Positions 1-11,616 of a stretch of 64,000 nt of DNA are shown here, piece after piece (the stretch's first letter is position 1; each line of letters starts with the position of its first letter). Position numbers and translations under genes: made by a program. The notes beneath the pieces were generated by a model. That model searched no databases. It was given only the letters and a program-made list of their open reading frames with translations, and had not been told where the DNA came from. This DNA comes from Phyllobates terribilis (lineage: Eukaryota), in the NCBI RefSeq assembly GCF_046119375.1, contig NW_027362762.1, positions 636,864,001 through 636,928,000 of the forward strand, in the 5' to 3' direction.

Positions 1-716
1 AGGCCTCTAATACCTCTCCAGTTGAAATATGTGTTATGAAACTCTAATTTCCTCCCGCCTGGGCGGACTTTCGCCCTTTTTTCTGCCCAATATATATACG
101 AGTGGCCTATCACCCACACTGTTGGCTTAGCGTCACCTGTAAAAGAAACAAACCACGTTAGGATAACAAGTCCGGTCTTATGTATCTCGCCAAACACGTG
201 GACGCCATCTCCCTATCCTCTGAATTTCCGTTTCTGACAGTCCTGCTCTTGCTTCTTCCGTGGCCTCGCCTATGCGGAATGAGTGTGTCCCTTAATCTTT
301 GGGGTGGTTCCCTGCCGATGTTATGCATTTATTAAATATAGCTTGGAACAGGTATCTTGATAATGGCGTTCCATCAATGTGTGATAGGAAGAAATTACTT
401 TGTGATCTGATGGTTATATATGTTTTTACTATTGTTACCTGACTCCGTGTACCGTTTGTGGGATGTAGAAGTACCCAAGTGCCCCTGCCCGCTGGAACCG
501 TTTTCGATTTGCGTATGCGTAGACGTATTGCATTATTGGCTATGACTACGTCCTGGTGTAATAAGCCTCGACTGGTGGTAATTTTGGATTGAGGGACTAA
601 TTCGCTTATGCATAGCGCCCCGAAGAAGGCGATCGCAAATGCAGTAGACAGTAGTGTTGCTTCAAATTGTGAGTGTCAAGTTAATGGTGTTAGGGATATG
701 ATGTGAGAAATCAGTT

Positions 717-1405
717 TTAGTGACACGGGACGGGACGTCTACACTCCTGACTTGGCTGACCCCTTTTCCACCCTTTTATGGATTGTCTGATGATGAATCT
801 CTTTGTCACATCTCCCCAATTCAGTAGTTGGAAGTGAAATTCTACTCCGGTCAGACACCGCTGCGCTGACGCCCCTGATATGCCCCTCATCATTAGCTGG
901 TGGAGAAATTCTATGGTGACTTGTAATCTGGCTTGTTCACATTGGTCAACCCGTCTGCCTGCTACTAGTCGTGTCCACTCTTCCCATGCCTTACCGTATG
1001 CTTGCCACGTCGACGGGGCAACTGACGCTCTGATTAATGGCATCAACTATTCGCCACTAGATCCCAAAGGGAGGGTGGGCAACTGTTGCCCGATGGGTGG
1101 GCGTTGGGGAGGAGCTCTGTGAAAATCTGCCAATTGAATTGTGATAAAGCGTTAGCAGTAGCGTTAGACCCCTCAGCATCGTGGCTAGCGCGGACCCATA
1201 CATTGTGTTTTCGGCACAGGAATGCTAGCCGGCGAAGTAGGCCTAGCACTGGGAGAGACGATGATGCCATCTTATTAATGCAGTGCGCTAGGCTGTTGTT
1301 TTTTGTTATGAAGCGTATATTTTTGTTATCCAGGGGCGCTCCCCATATTTCTATTGCTACCACTATTGGGAAGAGTTCCAGGAGTGTCTGTTTTTTTATC
1401 AGCAC
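717..1405 (-). pseudogene. Ngaro/DIRS-like tyrosine-recombinase retroelement fragment: RNase H (1043-1405) followed by the N-terminal part of the YR (717-1046)
   Basis: ORF 1043-1405 has ELFPIVVAIEIWG, RFITKNN and ANALSQFNWQIF (decayed RNase H of YR retroelements). ORF 717-1046 has ASVAPSTWQAYGKAWEEW and IKGWKR, typical of the YR N-terminal domain, and stops before the catalytic core. Confidence 0.75.
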
Positions 1406-1464
1406 TTGTTCTGCCCAATACGGAGGCCATAAGCTTGGGCACCATTGGTTATTTAGTATCGCTG

Positions 1465-1770
1465 CATATCCGTACAGATGGGCTACTCCAATGAGTAACA
1501 GACACTGCTACAGGCCCAAAAGGTTTTACTTGGCTAGATGCAGTAAAAAATTGTTATTAAATACAAAGGTGGTGTAGCTTGGTACAGATGGGGTACTCCA
1601 CTGACTACTAGACACTGCTACTAGGCCCAAAAGGTTTTACTTGGCTAGATGCAGTAAAAAATTGTTATTAAATACAAAGGTAGTGTAGCTTGGTACAGAT
1701 GGGCTACTACAATGCGTAACAGACACTGCTACAGGCCCAAAAGTATTTACTGGGCTAGATGCAGTAAAAA
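1465..1770. repeat. ~110-bp tandem repeat, left part (interrupted by DIRS-A)
   Basis: CAGATGGG recurs at 1475, 1585 and 1696; the unit contains gctagatgcagtaaaaaattgttattaaatacaaagg. Confidence 0.95.
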
Positions 1771-1806
1771 TAGAATTAGTCCTTACCGGTAATTCGGTTT
1801 CTAGAA

Positions 1807-1906
1807 GCCTTCCACGACAGCATTGGAGGATGTTGTCCACGCCCTATCGGGGGACAGGAACACAGAGAGGTTAAAAGCCCCTCCCCACCATCAATCCCCA
1901 GTGTTT
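1807..1906. repeat. DIRS-A 3' inverted terminal repeat
   Basis: gccttccacgacagcattggagga...ccccagtgttt is the near-exact reverse complement of 6955-7053. Confidence 0.95.
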
Positions 1907-1970
1907 ACCAAGATCACCTTCAAAAATGGTTACCTGACAGTTATATGGAATCCATAGGGAGGGAAATTCG

Positions 1971-2058
1971 TGCTGTCGTGGAAGGCTTCTAGAAACCAAA
2001 TTACCGGTAAGGACTAATTCTATTTTCTCAATATGCCTTCCACGACAGCATTGGAGGA
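1971..2058. other. DIRS-A internal complementary region (ICR; circle-junction template)
   Basis: Reads tgctgtcgtggaaggcttctagaaac...ggactaattcta TTTT ctcaatatgccttccacgacagc, i.e. reverse complements of both element ends joined by four Ts. Confidence 0.93.
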
Positions 2059-2075
2059 ATACCAACGATATTTTA

Positions 2076-3125
2076 TTAGGGAGGGACAATAGCTTGTAGG
2101 ACTTTCCTACCAAAGGCTAAATCCCTAATGGACGATAAGTCTAATCTATAATGTTTAGAAAATGTGTGAAGGGAAGACCATGTAGCTGCCCTGCAAATCT
2201 GCTCCGTAGAAGCGCCCGCTCTTTCGGCCCAAGAAGTTGATGTGGATCTGGTAGAGTGAGCTTTTAAGGCGATAAGTGGATACAACTGTTGATTGACATA
2301 GGCTTCCTCGATCGCTTTTTTAATCCAGTTTGCTATAGTGGATTTAGCTACCTTCCTTCCCCTGTTATGCCCTGAGTGTTGTATGAATAGGTTTTCATCC
2401 AATCTCCAAGACTCAGTCTGTTGCAGATAATAAAGAACAACTCTGTGGACATCTAAGAGATGGAACTCTGCTTCCTTTGAATTAGAAGGCTTCTGGCAGA
2501 AGGAGGGAAGGATGACCTCCTGGGAACGATGGAAATCTGTAACGACCTTTGGGAGGAAGGAAGGGTCAAAACAAAGAGTAATTCTATCTTCAGTCACAGT
2601 CATGTAAGGTTCTCTGATGGAGAGAGCTTGCAGTTCTCCTACTCTCCGTGCAGAAGTGATGGCTACTAAAAGGCAGTCTTAGGAGAGAGAGTCTGTATTG
2701 TGCTGGAGGACAGAGGCTCGAATGGAGAGAGGGTTAGACCCCGGAGCACCACATTAAGATCCCAGGATGGGACATGGGATCGATTTTTTGGGTGAAGTCT
2801 GAGTGCCGAAGTTATGAATCTTTTGATCCATCTGTGAGAGGCCAAATCTTGGTCGAATATGGAACCTAGGGCTGAAATCTGTACCTTGAGAGTACTAGGT
2901 TTGAGACCCAACTCCAATCCATTCTGTAAAAAATCAAGGATCCGAGCAATGTTGGGGTGTGAGGTGTCAGGAATATCCGGGGCATACCATGATAGGAATC
3001 TTTTCCATATTTTGCCATATATAGCATTGGTTACTGGCTTCCTACTTTGTTGAAGAGTTTTTATAACCTTTTCCGAGAGACCTTTGGATTTTAAGATCTC
3101 GGCTTCAGTAACCAGGCTGCAAGGT
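2076..3125 (-). pseudogene. DIRS-A tyrosine recombinase (1-nt frameshift near 2668)
   Basis: PSWDLNVVL, KTAF[fs]LVAITSARRVGEL, AHSTR, ATWSS and KHYRLD give the R, HxxR, W and Y catalytic residues. Confidence 0.92.
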
Positions 3126-4960
3126 TTAGCCACTGAGGATTTGGGTAAAATAGGGGACCTTGTGAGAGAAGGTCGTTGACCGGTGGAAGTATCACGGGAC
3201 CGTCCAGGCAAAGTTCCGTGATGGCGCCGAACCAAGGTCTTTTGGGCCACAAAGGGGTCACTAGAATTGTTGCCACCCTCTCTAACCTGACCTTCTGGAT
3301 AGTTCTTGCTATCAGAGGAATTGGAGGAAACGCATACACCAGTTTGAAATGCCAGGGATGGGCCAATGCATCTAGATTCATGGCATTGTCTCTTCTGTCC
3401 AATGAAAAGAAGAGGGGAAGTTTTGCGTTTAGGCGACTGGCAAAGAGATCTACTTCGGGGAGACCCCATTTTGCTACCAGTGACTGGAATATTTGAGGAT
3501 TCAAGCTCCACTCTCCTGGCTGAATGTCTTCCCTGCTCAGAAAGTCTGCTTGAATGTTGTTTGAGCCTTTCAGGTGGATCGCCGAAATTGACAGGAGATG
3601 ATGTTCTGCCCAGGAAAATATTCGACTTGCGATCTGTTTTAAGCTGTCTACCCTCGTACCTCCCTGATTGTCCGAGAGTATCTTCATGTGAGTACCCTGG
3701 ATTAGGTTGACTGCTGCTTTGAGCGTTTTTTCTACTGCCTTCAGCTCCCTGAAGTTGGAGGATCTGGCACTGATCCTGGGACTCCATCTGCCTTGAAAAG
3801 GAGTCTGGGCCACCATGGCACCCCATCCTCATATACTGGCATCGGTAGTCACTGTGATTAGAGGGTCCTGGGTCCAAGAAATCCCCCTCCTAAGATTTTG
3901 GGTGCTTAACCACCAAGAAAGGGAAGCTTTTACCCGGCCAGGAGTCCTGGTCCGTTTGTTTAATGCTTCCCTTTGTCTGTTCCATGATTTTAGGATATGA
4001 TCCTGGAGAGACCTTGAGTGGGCCTGAGCCCATGATACTGACTGGATACAGGCCGTCATTGACCCCAATACAGACATTGCCGTTCTCAATGTTGGATTCT
4101 TCTGGTGTCTGAAATTTGAGATCTTGGTTCTGAGAGCTGTTTGATGCTCCAATGGAAGAAAGGACATTTGTCTGTTGGAGTCCAGTAAGACACCAAGGAA
4201 CTTCCTCCTCGATGAAGGAAGGAGTTCCGACTTTGCCAGGTTCACAACCCAACCTAATGAGCGGAGGGTTTTTAGGGCTATGGAGACATGAAGATTGAGA
4301 TTCCCCACTGAAGGGGCGACAATCAGCATGCCGTCCAGGTATGGAATTATGCAGACCCCTTGTTTTCGGATGAGTGCAATGACTTCCGCCATAATCTTCG
4401 TAAACACCCGAGGTGCTGAAGAGATGCCGAAGGGCAGTACGTTGTACTGGTAGTGTTCTGTTATGTTGTCCCTGAAAATCGCAAAGCGCAGGAACTTTCT
4501 GTGGGTCGGATGAATCGGCACGTGGAAGTATGCATCTTTTAGGTCTATGGTTGCCATAACATAATCCTTCCCTATTAGGGGAATAGTTGACCTTATGGAC
4601 TCCATCTTGAATCACCTGTATTTGATGTGATGGTTTAGGGATTTCAGGTTGATTATGATGCGTGGGATGCCTGACTGTTTCTTTATTACAAAAATTCTTG
4701 AGTAGTGACCCGTACCCTCCTGGCCAGGGAGGACCAGAGACACTGCTCTGGATTTTAGCAGGTTTTGTAAACCGACTGAGGGCAGTTCCCAAGCCCCCCG
4801 AGAGGGAAGGGACGTGACCCTCAGGACCCGAGGGGGGCGACTCTCGAATTCCAATAGAAGACCCCCCTTGATAGTATTGAGGATCCACTGGCAGGAAGAA
4901 ATTGCCTGACACTGGGGAAAGAAATCCGAGAGACGCCCCCCTACACGGCGCAGGTCATTG
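3091..4960 (-). pseudogene. DIRS-A pol (RT, RNase H, methyltransferase-like domain)
   Basis: VGGRL, IDLKDAYFHVPI, LPFGISSAPRVFTK, YLDG (YxDD lost, 4330-4341), TTDAS, ADFLSR, DLFAS, YAFPP. Two in-frame TGA stops at 4612 and 3829 sit where Arg (CGA) is expected. Confidence 0.92.
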
Positions 4961-6379
4961 CTTGTCCTGCTGCTGGTGTTGTTGCTGGGGAACAAGGATG
5001 TTACGACCCCTGCCGCCCTTAGGATAGCTCCAGCGCCCAGACTTTCCCTTTCCTCTATATTGTGAGGGGTGACTCTGGGAAGGTCGAAAGGGACGTTTTT
5101 TAGGTTGTTTCTGTTCAGGAAGGGTTTTCTTCCTATCCGAGGCCTTCTCCAGGATATCATCCAGTGCTGGCCCGAGTACATATTTCCCTTGAAATGGAAT
5201 GGAACAGAGTTTAATCTTAGAGGTAACATCCCCACTCCATGTTTTGAGCCACAGTGCACAGTTACTCAGCCGAGGCGTCCGCTAAGAAGCCAGTGGCTTT
5301 TTGAAGGAGAGGGATGGAGTCTAGCAGGTCTGCTCTGGAGGTGCCCTGAGACAGATGTTCCTCTAGTTGGGTCAGCCACTTGAAGAGGGATCTGGCCACA
5401 CAAGTCGATGAAATATTCGTCTTGAGAGAGGCAGAAGCGGTTTCCCATGATTTTTTAAGGACACTTTCCATTTTCCGGTCTAATGGGTCCTTCAATTGGG
5501 ATGAATCCTCAAAGGGAAGTGAGGTTTTCTTCACAACCCTTGCCACCTGGATGTCCACCTTAGGGACGTCTCAATCAAATTCCTCACCTTCCAACGGAAA
5601 TCTGTGCTTTAATTCCGAAGGGGTGGTGAGACGGTTTTCTGGGGATTCCCATTCCTGTCGGATGAGATCTCTAATGACCTCATGAACAGGAAACCCAGTC
5701 TGCTTTTTTGATCTAAGGCCCCTAAACATTTCATCTTGAACGGAACAGGGGGCCTCAACATCCTCCAGCCCCATAGTGCCTCTAACTGCGTCCAATAATT
5801 CTTGTAAGTTTGGAAGGAAAAATAGTATCTTCCGGTTTCAACTTTTTTGGCAGGCCCTAAGGATGCTACTTCATCCAATTCATCAGAGGCAGAGCTACTA
5901 ACATCAATAGAGACTACATCTGAGTCTAACTATTGGATCTTCCTCTTCTTAGGGGGAGATGGCCTGGAGGAGGAGGAGTAGACAGGCAGTGCAGCAAAAG
6001 AGGCTTGGACCTCCTGTCTAACTACTTGGACCTCCTGTTTAACAAGAGATCTAAGTTCCTCAATTAGAGAGGGATTTTCTTCCTTAATTATTCTATCTGT
6101 ACAGGGACGGCACAATTTCTTCTTATAAGATGAGGATAACTTTTTAGCGCAGATGTCACATCTATGGGGCTGGTCTTTATCCTTCTTAGAAGCGGGGGCC
6201 TTGTCCTCCTAAGAAAGGGGAAGAGAAGGGGACCCATGTAACTAAAAGGAGGGGAGATCTAGTGTCATCTAAAGGAGAGGCTAAGATAACCCCTTAGTGA
6301 CCACCCAGGTACTACTCACTGTAGCCGAGGGCGTGCTGGGCTCTGCAGATGCAGGGATACTGGATCTGTCACCTTCCAT
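4955..6379 (-). pseudogene. DIRS-A gag-like ORF1 with a predicted 111-nt intron (6209-6319)
   Basis: CCACC-ATG-G at 6379; donor GTGAGT 6319-6314; pyrimidine tract and AG at 6210-6209. Exon 2 encodes CDIC...LCRPC, then KHRFP, DPLDRK and LCSIPFQGKYVLG, with several stops and frameshifts. Confidence 0.8.
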
Positions 6380-6954
6380 GGTGGAGATAGCCTTACCTTT
6401 GGCGTCTTCAGGTGGGTTTTTATATGGAAAAACTGTGCCTCCCAGCAAGGGACCTCAGTCCCCTCCCCCTTCCGGTCACTTTGAGGACCACTTCGATTCG
6501 ATATGGGCCTTGCCGGCCCTGGGACGCGCTCAATCTCAGCGTCCCGGCATGGAGCACACAGGCCGGAAGGTGGACCTGTGGTGACGTCACTCCGGTGCGC
6601 GCGTCCAGACCGCGCCTGCCGGCTCAGGGAGCGCCCACACCGTGCATCCCAGCGTGGAACGCACATGCCGGAAGAGACAGGACCTGGACTGACGTCACTT
6701 CCGGTGCGTGCGCCCAGAACTCCGGCGGAAGGAGGAGATGCCGGGGAGCTGGAGCAGGCCCCCGGCATAAACACACCCGGCTTGCTTTACCCTCTATAGG
6801 GCGCAAGAAGCCCGGAACGGTCCCAATGGGAGCAGCATGGAGGGAGGAGGGAGCGCCCCGACCGACCACTGCCCGGCAAGTATAGCCTGATACAATGCTG
6901 CCTGCCTGCCAACAGCACTGCAGGACCTCTCCATGCCCCCAAGGGGGACAGGAA

Positions 6955-7053
6955 AACACTGGGGATTGATGGTGGGGAGGGGATTTTAACCTCTCTGTCT
7001 TCCTGTCCCCCGATAGGGCGTGGACAATATCCTCCAATGCTGTCGTGGAAGGC
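6955..7053. repeat. DIRS-A 5' inverted terminal repeat
   Basis: Reverse complement of 1807-1906. Confidence 0.95.
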
Positions 7054-7061
7054 GTATTGAG

Positions 7062-7400
7062 AAAAATTGTTATTAAATACAAAGGTGGTGTAGCTTGGTA
7101 CAGATGGGCTACTACAATGCGTAACAGACACTGCTACAGGCCCAAAAGGATTTACTGGGCTAGATGCAGTAAAAAATTGTTATTAAATACAAAGGTGGTG
7201 TAGCTTGGTACAGATGGGCTACTACAATGAGTAACAGACACTGCTACAGGCCCAAAAGTATTTACTGGGCTAGGTGCAGTAAAAAATTGGTATTAGATAC
7301 ACAGGTGGGGTAGCTTGCAACACAGGCTACTCCACTGACTAACACACACTGCTAGAGGCCCAAAAGGATTGGCTTAGCTAGATTTAGCCAAATGCTGTGA
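7062..7400. repeat. ~110-bp tandem repeat, right part
   Basis: CAGATGGG at 7101 and 7211, degenerate unit at about 7321; resumes in register with the 1465-1770 array. Confidence 0.93.
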
Positions 7401-8057
7401 AAAACACTTGCACAGCACTGGCACAGACCTGCCTGACAAAAAGTGCTAGGAACTGCTGTGACCTAGCCCTCAAAAGGGCTGCAATTCCAACTAGTCCCTA
7501 CTCCCTAAACCTATCTGTCTATTTAAGAGCAAATTCTCTTGCAATTCACACAGTTACAAAGTATAGCGCCCACAGCAGCAGTGGTGCCATCTAACACTCA
7601 GCTGCAGCAGTGAGAAAATGGTGGCGACGGGGAAAATGGCTGGGTCTTATAGGGCAAGGACATGTGACATACACAGCCAATGACACATGCCCTTGCTTGT
7701 GTGAAAAAAAAGCACTTTGCTGCGTGTGTGCGCTGCTGATAGGCTGACAGACTGCACCTCCCCACTGTAAATGCGGGAAAGAAAAAAAAAATGGAGATCG
7801 GCATTATTTCTGCAGAGATCCATCCCCTGCCCCTCCCCCCACCCACTCTACACTGAAACTGTCTATTAACATTGATTAACAGTATTACTGTGAAAAAATC
7901 CAGTTACGATTTTGGTGCACGAACAGTTATCGAACATAACCTCGAACAGCCGGATTTTTTGCAAATCGTTCGGGTTCGTCGAACAGCTCGAACACCGCCC
8001 AAAACAGCTCGAATTTGAGATTGGCGAACAGTTCGAGTCGAACACCGCTCATCTCTA
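7400..8057. mobile_element. Terminus of a hAT-type element ending in ...CGCTCATCTCTA
   Basis: Dense CGAAC/GTTCG subterminal motifs at 7920-8045 and the reverse complement of TAGAGATGAGCG at 8046-8057; family assignment from memory. Confidence 0.65.
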
Positions 8058-8149
8058 TTAGTAACCAGACAGTTTGTTGTGTTCTAGGATCTTTTGAGGG
8101 TTTGTGCAAACTGTGTGTCTTCTTACGGTAGATGTTTTTTTTAACTTCG

Positions 8150-10536
8150 TTTAACCACTTCAGGCCACAAAGTAGTCAAAAGAATAAATATACCATATGT
8201 TTCTCAATCCACCATAACATCTCCGCCTGCACCTCACTCACGGTCCAGCAGTTTTTCCGTTTCACCGTACTCCGCCCTCTCTCAGCACTGCAGCCAGCCC
8301 TCGGTTGCAGTTGTGGTCACATAAAAGATTGTTTCCTCCTACACATGACAAAGCTAAGAGGTTGAACTCCACCATCTAGAATCTGTTGGCCACGGAAGAG
8401 CTGCCTTTCCACCTGGTAGATACGGACTGTTTCCGAAAGCTGGTGGCAGGCACAGTCCCCCAGTACCAGTTGCCCAGTCATCATTACTTCTCTAAGAAAG
8501 ATGTGCCTGTGCTACACCAGCATGTCTCTGACTACATCACCCATTCCTTGACTAAATCTATGTCTGACAGGGTGCATTTCTCCACAGGCACCTAGACGAG
8601 AAAGCATGACCAAGGGCGTTAGATCTCGCTGACTGGGCACTGGGTGACTCTGGTGGCTTTGGGGGCAGGCAGGTAAGGGGCTGTTCCACAAATCTTGGAA
8701 TTACCAAGGCTTGCAGAACAAACCTCGGTATTTCACACTTCCTCCACTGCTTCTGCATCCTCCACCTCCTCTAGGGCCTCCACCTGCGTACTCAACCTCT
8801 GCCTTAATGAGACACGCGTTCCAACAGTGCAGAGCGAATCCACACCACCACCCTACTGCGCAGCCAGGGCTCACCACAATCAGGCAGTGTTTTTAAATTA
8901 ATATGCCTTGGGGATCGCAGTCATACAGCTGAAGAGTTGTGGACAGCTCTCCAGGCTGAGTTTGAGCAATGGCTGTCTCCACTGAACCTGAAGCCAGGGA
9001 AGGCTGCGTGCCATAATGGTGCGAACCTGGTGGCGGCCCTATGCTGAGGCAAGCTCACACACGTGCCTTGCATGGCTCACGTCCTCAACCTGGTGGTATA
9101 GCAATTTCTCTGCCACTATCTTGGCCTGGATGAGCTGCTGCAGAAAGCACGGAAGCTGAGTGCTCACTTCCGACGTTCGCACCCCTCAGGTCATCAACTT
9201 GCATCGATACAGAGGGCTTTGTCATGCCAGTTAACAGGTTGATATGAGATGTGCCGACACGGGGGAATTCCACTCTGCACATGTTGCAGCGACTGTGACA
9301 CAGTATGTCATGACGTATGGCATGGGCACTACGGACTTGGGGCATATGACGTTTACGGAGTGCGCACAGATTAAGGACCTCTGCACCCTTCTGCACAGTT
9401 TCGAAATGGCTACTAAGATGGTTAGCGCTGACGATGCTGTCATCCACATCACTATTCCAGTCATCTACAAGCTGGAGCAGACTTTGAATAGCCTGCGGGA
9501 AGAGGGGGTGGTCCCAGAGGAAGAGGAGGATGCAGAAGGGATAAGAATGTCTCAAATTTCCAGACTGTCGTCACACAGGCGAGGGTGCCAAGAGAGGGTG
9601 GATTACTGCGATCGAGGGGGGGCTGGTGATACCAGACAAGCTGTTCATGAAGGTGCAAGAGCCGAGGAACAATGGAGGAGGAAGAGGTGATGGGCAAGCA
9701 ACTATCAGAAGATGAAGGGGATAATCATCCCCTCTCTGTTCTTCGTGGTTGGAAGGGGGGGGAAGTAAACAAGCATCAGTGTTACCCAGCCACTAACACA
9801 ACATGGGCTTGGACCTCAAGGAAGAGCCTGATATAAGTTCCTTCTTGCTGCACTATCTGCAACATGATCCCCATATAGTTAGGATTCAAAATAGTGCTGA
9901 CTACTGGATTGCCACTCTGTTAGATCCACGTTATAAGAGTACATTTTGCCAGATGCTTCCCGCCCTGAAAAGGGACCTGCGAATGCTGGAGTATCGAAAC
10001 AAGCTTTTACACAACCTTAAGAGAGGTTTTCCCCAAGTCAGAAGTGAGGCATAAATTGAGCATCGCCGCTCTAGACTTTCAACCTCCGGCACATGAATTC
10101 ATCAATGCCAAACATTAGCAGCAGCAGTGTAAGTGGCAGAAGCAATTTTAGTGCGTCCTTCCACACATTTTTTACACCAGCTCGTGCACTAGCACAACAG
10201 AGTACAAGTCTGACACGAGGTGAACGACTGGAGAGGATGGTGCAGGAGTATCTAGAACTCCATAAAAATACCTTCAGGCAGGGTTTGGACCCTTTTACAT
10301 TTTGGTCTTCAAAAATGGATGAGTGGCCTGAGCTCGCCTGTCACACCTAGGAGGTTTTATCATGCCCATCAGCCAGCGTTCTCTCAGAACGTGTCTTCAG
10401 TGCTGCTGGTGGTGTCCTGACGGATAAGCACAGCCGGCTGTCCCCTGAAAGTGTAGATCACCTAACTTTCATCAAGATGAACAAGTCATGGATCTCCAAG
10501 GACTTTTGCACCCCAATTGCAGACTGTACAGACTAG
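8150..10536 (+). pseudogene. Decayed hAT (ZBED-like) transposase
   Basis: LPFHLVDTDCFRKL, PQYQLPSHHYFS, VHFSTGT, CMAHVLNL, IATLLDPRYK, DPFTFWSSKMDEWPELA and a PSASVLSERVFS-like dimerisation segment; many stops and frameshifts. Confidence 0.88.
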
Positions 10537-10759
10537 GCGATGTTGTAGTTTGTGTGCTGCATTGATCTCGCGTAATTGCAGTCTGTGATATCTTTAGCAT
10601 GGCTTCTGTGCTTCTGTGAAGACTCCTGTTAGGTCTCCATCTGCTGGGTTGGCTGTCGTGGAAGAGGTGTTGGTCCTAATTATACTATTTTTACTCTAGT
10701 GAAATTGATGCCACTTCGGTGGTGTCTGCCACTAATTTTTGGAAAGGTGAACAGCATAT

Positions 10760-11560
10760 GTGAGTGACCTATTCCTCTCCCCTTCATATATGCAAAATGC
10801 CACTTTCTATAGTACAATAAGCAATTCAACATTGTTACCTGACATATTGGATAAAGGCATTATTCCCTCGAAGGAAGAATTAGGTCTACTAATGGGCTCT
10901 ACCTTAAAAAATACACTTCACTTTTTAAACTTCAATAGCCCTAACAAAACCACAAAAGAAAGTGGCAACAATATATAAAAAAAAATATCTTTGCGTACAC
11001 CAGAAAAACTTACTTTTCTGTCCAAATGGGAATCTGATTTGAACAGATCTTTCTATACCTCAGAAATAAATAAGAGAGCATAAACACTCAATAGAAACCA
11101 AGAAGGGCTCACCTAGGTTAGGTTAATTAAGCATGTACTTGAGCAGCATAATGCTGATCCGAAGGCTCTACAATTTGCAGGCATCGAACAGGTTAACGAT
11201 CCAGAAAGGGGAGGAAATCATAAAAAGTACCTCTTACAAAGAGAGGCAAAATGGATTATTAAAACTAATGCTAATGGCCCTATGGGTTTAAATGACAGGT
11301 CTGATTTGCCTGTTTTTATGAAATGTTTTTCACTATATTCATTTGTATTATGATGTATACCACATGCACACCTGGTAAAAGGAAGTGGTTGTTCGTCTGT
11401 GTATGCTTGGATCCACAGAAGCAGTTGGATAGGCGCGAAACGGCTGATGTCCATTTTTACTTCCCAGCTCCCCCCGCTTTCCTAAGGATTGTCCCGCCAC
11501 ATGGAATAAAGGACATTATTTTTTAACAAATGGTGAGTGCTGTTTTTTTCCCCATACTTC
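10760..11560 (+). mobile_element. Penelope-like element fragment (RT remnant, GIY-YIG C-terminus, 3' UTR)
   Basis: 11100-11310 translates to ...LQFAGIEQV...GGNHKKYLLQREAKWIIKTNANGPMGLND, the PLE endonuclease tail. Confidence 0.75.
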
Positions 11561-11616
11561 TACTTTATATTTAAATAAAATACTCCTTGGCCCAAAACTA
11601 TCTTCAAAATGTATAC

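Larger units (their letters stand above)
1771..7061 (-). mobile_element. Full-length DIRS1-type tyrosine-recombinase retrotransposon (DIRS-A), inactivated
   Basis: Inverted terminal repeats 1807-1906 and 6955-7053, internal complementary region 1971-2058, gag, RT-RH-MT and YR frames on -. No TSD; inserted in an A-run of the 110-bp repeat. Confidence 0.95.

Noticed and set aside
612-650. Hammerhead-like gccccgaagaaggcgatcgcaaatgc
   Set aside because: Both CUGA and GAAA cores are mismatched and there is no clear stem I.
11410-11450. Hammerhead-like ...ggcgcgaaacggctg in a Penelope 3' UTR
   Set aside because: GAAAC is present but no CUGANGA core; too decayed to call.
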